64,000 nucleotides of DNA, taken from Antedon mediterranea (taxonomy: Eukaryota; Animalia; Echinodermata). The notes below the pieces were generated by a model. That model was given only the letters and a program-made list of their open reading frames with translations, was not told the origin of the DNA and ran no database searches. Within the stretch, counting starts at the first letter, position 1. The number at the start of each line of letters is the position of its first letter. The position numbers were made by a program, and so were the translations under genes. The stretch spans positions 11,964,352-12,028,351 of the forward strand of contig NC_092678.1 of NCBI RefSeq assembly GCF_964355755.1. Reading direction: 5' to 3'. Positions 60,488 through 64,000 of this stretch are shown piece after piece.

Positions 60488-63400
60488 AAATTATATTAAA
60501 AAAAATAAACAGATATTGATTTCGGTCCCTACCGTACGTAAAAGAAAGGTTCTACTGTAGTTAACTTTGGAAACATTAGTGTTCACTGCCGTATAAAAAT
60601 AAATATAAGTACAAAAGTACTTTATGAATAAATACATGAGGTACTGCTGACACATCTTTGGCATCTAGGCCTTTGATGCCACTATCAACGTTTTATTACA
60701 AACTGGTAACCAGGAACGCTAACCATGGTAACCAGGGACGCTAAACGGAACGGAAGCCTTTGTACATACCCAGCCTGGAATGTATCTAATATAGCCTGAT
60801 ATAGAACTGGAATGGTAGCTCTTTCTACCTTGATCTGTATTAATTTAACCAATTATAATGTCACAAAGAGAAATATGGGCAGATGACTAAAATGTTGTTG
60901 TTAAGTGGGAAATTGAAAAAAAACATGGCACTAAATGTAAGATTATGCAAATTACATGGAGCAGGAAACCTATTTATGACGAATATTTTACTGGTAATAA
61001 ATTAGAAACCGTATCCAGGTGTAACTATTACAAAACCCTGAAATGGGGAGAACAATCGACACTGTTGTTTTCAAATGTAAAAGACTAAACAGATTTGCAA
61101 ACCAAGAAATTCTGATTTAAAATTGATACATCTCTATCCTGGCCCATTAATGAATATGGTATCTTTTTGTTATGAGACAAAATGGTTGCCTATCTTTTAT
61201 TTTATTTAATCAAATTTAATGAATTATTATGATCTTATATGAGTACAGTATTAAATGTTATATATTTTGATCCGATTTAAAGTAACAAATGTTTGGTCTT
61301 AACCAAGTTATTTTATTTATTTTAAATTGGTATAGGTGTGTCACTGCAGGCTGGGATGTCCATCAAAAGGGATTGAGTTTGTTTTCCCCCGGGTTTAGCA
61401 TGTGTGATGTACTGTGTTATTGTCCGTTTTGTAAAATCCAGAATAAATTGAATTGAATTACAAAACAATAGAAAAATAGATTATTACATGAAAGACTTTG
61501 AAGATGGAAGTGACAAATGGTAGTATAATTACGATATATCTGTCAATACAAGCGAAGTAGAACTTGTACTCCATAATCTAAAAACTAATAAAACTTCTTT
61601 CTGTTTATCCTGAAGGAATATCTTATTCAACAAATCAATTTGAAATTCGGTGCTTTGTGGTTAAATGAACAACTATTTTAATTGGCTTATTTTCATGAAA
61701 TCATCAAGCATGTACGCTGTTTTTTCAATTATGTAGAAATCAAATCTCTGAGACAAAAAGTAATAATCATCAGCTTTACCCCTATAAAAATAGAAAGCAA
61801 TAGGAACTAGATGAACCACATTAAGGTGCATAAATGTGTGCCAAAATGAATTATCATGTACGGTAATGTTTGACCATTTCATCATCAGCTTCTCCTTATC
61901 CGAAACCTCTGGAAAATATCTCAATTAGCTCCTTCGTAAATTACAGTACTTTAGGATTAACTATGATGGACCATCATTGACCATGAACATGTGTAATTCA
62001 TAGCATGTTCATTCATAGCAAAAATTGTAAATGTGGGAAGCGCACATATCTTTCTATTTTCAATACATCAAATGGCCATCTGGTTGCTTTATATTTGGCA
62101 CAGCATATCTACTGGATACACAGATAGTGCTTCATATAAATCACTTTATTTGTATGCATTTTCAATTCTGCAAGTTGAAAGGATGTTATCAAAATTTGAA
62201 CTTTGAACTTTTACACAAATCTGGAAATTGTTGATGTTATTATAATATTGTTGATATCATTCAACTGACCTTTTGTGTACATTATAACAGCGTGAAACAA
62301 TATTATTTGATTCAGTTTCTTGGTGTTTTGGAGCAGAAGAATGAAGACAATAGTGTTCATAACGAAGTGTAATCTTGCTGTGATTGTCTCAATTTGCTGA
62401 CAGTGTGGTCACTTTCGTCCTTTGTTTATAACTTCTTGTTTGTGGTTTCCGCTGACCTTCATCACCATTAGAATTATGTATGTTCTTATAGTTGAATACA
62501 ACTTGTCTTCCTTTTGTCTTCTAAGTTTAGTACATGTACTTTTTCCATTCATTAAGATGGACATTTTTATTGTTTGGCAACACTTTGGTCTTTCTAGATG
62601 GTATTTGGAAAATCCTTTGTGCAGCCCTTATTGATGGCCAGTGGAGGATATGTACATTTATCAGAAAGTGAACAACTCTGTAGTGTTATAGCTTTCCAAA
62701 TGTACTCAGTAAATCCGTCTGTGCTAGGAGTAAGGCCATCTCATTTGATCCAGTCAGTCCTTTTGTAGTAATTGATCTTCTAAGGCATGCAAGAATGTTG
62801 ACTTTACTATTACAACATGTTACTATTATAGTGCCCAAATGAATAGTAGCTAATGAGAATCTAAACACCCTCTTCATATCAAGCTCTTAACAGACGGCAC
62901 TTGTCATCATCAGGCATCCTTCAGTCAAGATTGACTATGGAGACGACATTGGAGAGAATTTCATCCGTTTTCCAGTGAGTCTGTGTGAGTTCCAGTGGCT
63001 GATCTAGATTTTCTTTTCAGATACCTTTCTTCATTTTCCATACGATATCTTTCTTTACTGTGTAGAAGTCCTGCCTTAATACAAAAGTCCTTAACAGACG
63101 GCACTTGTAATTCCACATAAAGACAAGATACCATTTGTGTATTGAAAATGGAAAGCTAGTTTGTCAGTGTACTCTTATGCAAAATGATCTTATTCTGGTA
63201 TTGATAGAAGAGCCAGATGATTCGGATAAGGAGGATGATTATGAGCAAGACGACATTATACTCAAGAATACAGTAGATAATTTGTTTGACCCTGGTTATA
63301 AAAATCTGGAAAACTTTAAAAAAAATTTAAATAAGAAAAGATTAAATAATGATGCAAGATACCAAATAACATTTGCTGCCATCTATTTGGTAAAGGTTGC

Positions 63401-64000
63401 CTGAACCAAAAATAAAAAACCAAAACAAACAACCATCCACTCCCACTTGTAATTTGCAATTGTAAAACAATAAAAAGTATTCACAAATTGGAAATAAGTT
63501 GGGTGAAAAGTGCCATAACAAGTCAGTAGAAACTTGTCTAAAAGACTTTGAAGTGGAATTTTTCACCAGAATGGTGATAAACACAGAATTTTGGGATTGA
63601 AAAGCAACCATGTAACATCAAGCTACGTGCACTGCCCTACTTTGAGAAAAGGGCTTGTCTACAAAATGCTACTTTTGATTAATCGACCGACAAAAGACAA
63701 AAATCTCAATTTTGAAAAAAATGTAAAAACAGTACAGCACCACAGCAGTTAACGTGTTTGGTGAACAGCAATTTCAATATAATATAATATAATTTCTTTA
63801 CGGGAGAAAAAAAAAATTAGAAAAAAAATGTGAAAAATTGGATTATTTAGGCCTTATTTATTATGACTATGTTTAAAAAAGTCCTTAGCAACGGAAAAAT
63901 TCTTCCTAGCAACGGCTTTTGGACCATAAAAAACTAATTTACCTATGTATTTTTGAAGAAAAAAAGACACAGCATGTTAACAAAAGCCATCAAATATATC

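Overview
AT-rich eukaryotic DNA, inferred to be from a marine invertebrate, made almost entirely of nested and mostly decayed transposable elements. No clear host housekeeping gene, rRNA, tRNA or CRISPR array is visible. Recognisable pieces are piggyBac, Helitron (autonomous remnant and non-autonomous copies), two Gypsy LTR elements, several hAT-like elements, a MULE-like MITE, two near-intact L2-clade LINEs (one with an SGNH-esterase ORF1), CR1, Rex1/Babar and Crack-like LINE fragments, Penelope, Transib, three PIF/Harbinger pieces, CMC/EnSpm-like elements with DUF4806 exons, a Kolobok-type P2X7-like exon and a pogo/Tigger fragment. Many junctions can be reconstructed to the base from TSDs and TIRs. 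Four observations stand out. (1) A tandemly amplified multi-exon gene, invisible in the ORF track, encodes two C2H2-like fingers, an acidic repeat and a tyrosine-recombinase-like region next to a CACTG-type terminus (40-47 kb and 52.6-55.7 kb). (2) A U3-A8 variant minimal hammerhead ribozyme follows the Penelope ORF. (3) There is a four-level nested insertion at 29.5-39 kb. (4) An atypical hAT-like transposase ends in a Tudor-like domain. Family assignments come from motif recognition by eye, not database searches, and boundaries without a TSD are approximate.
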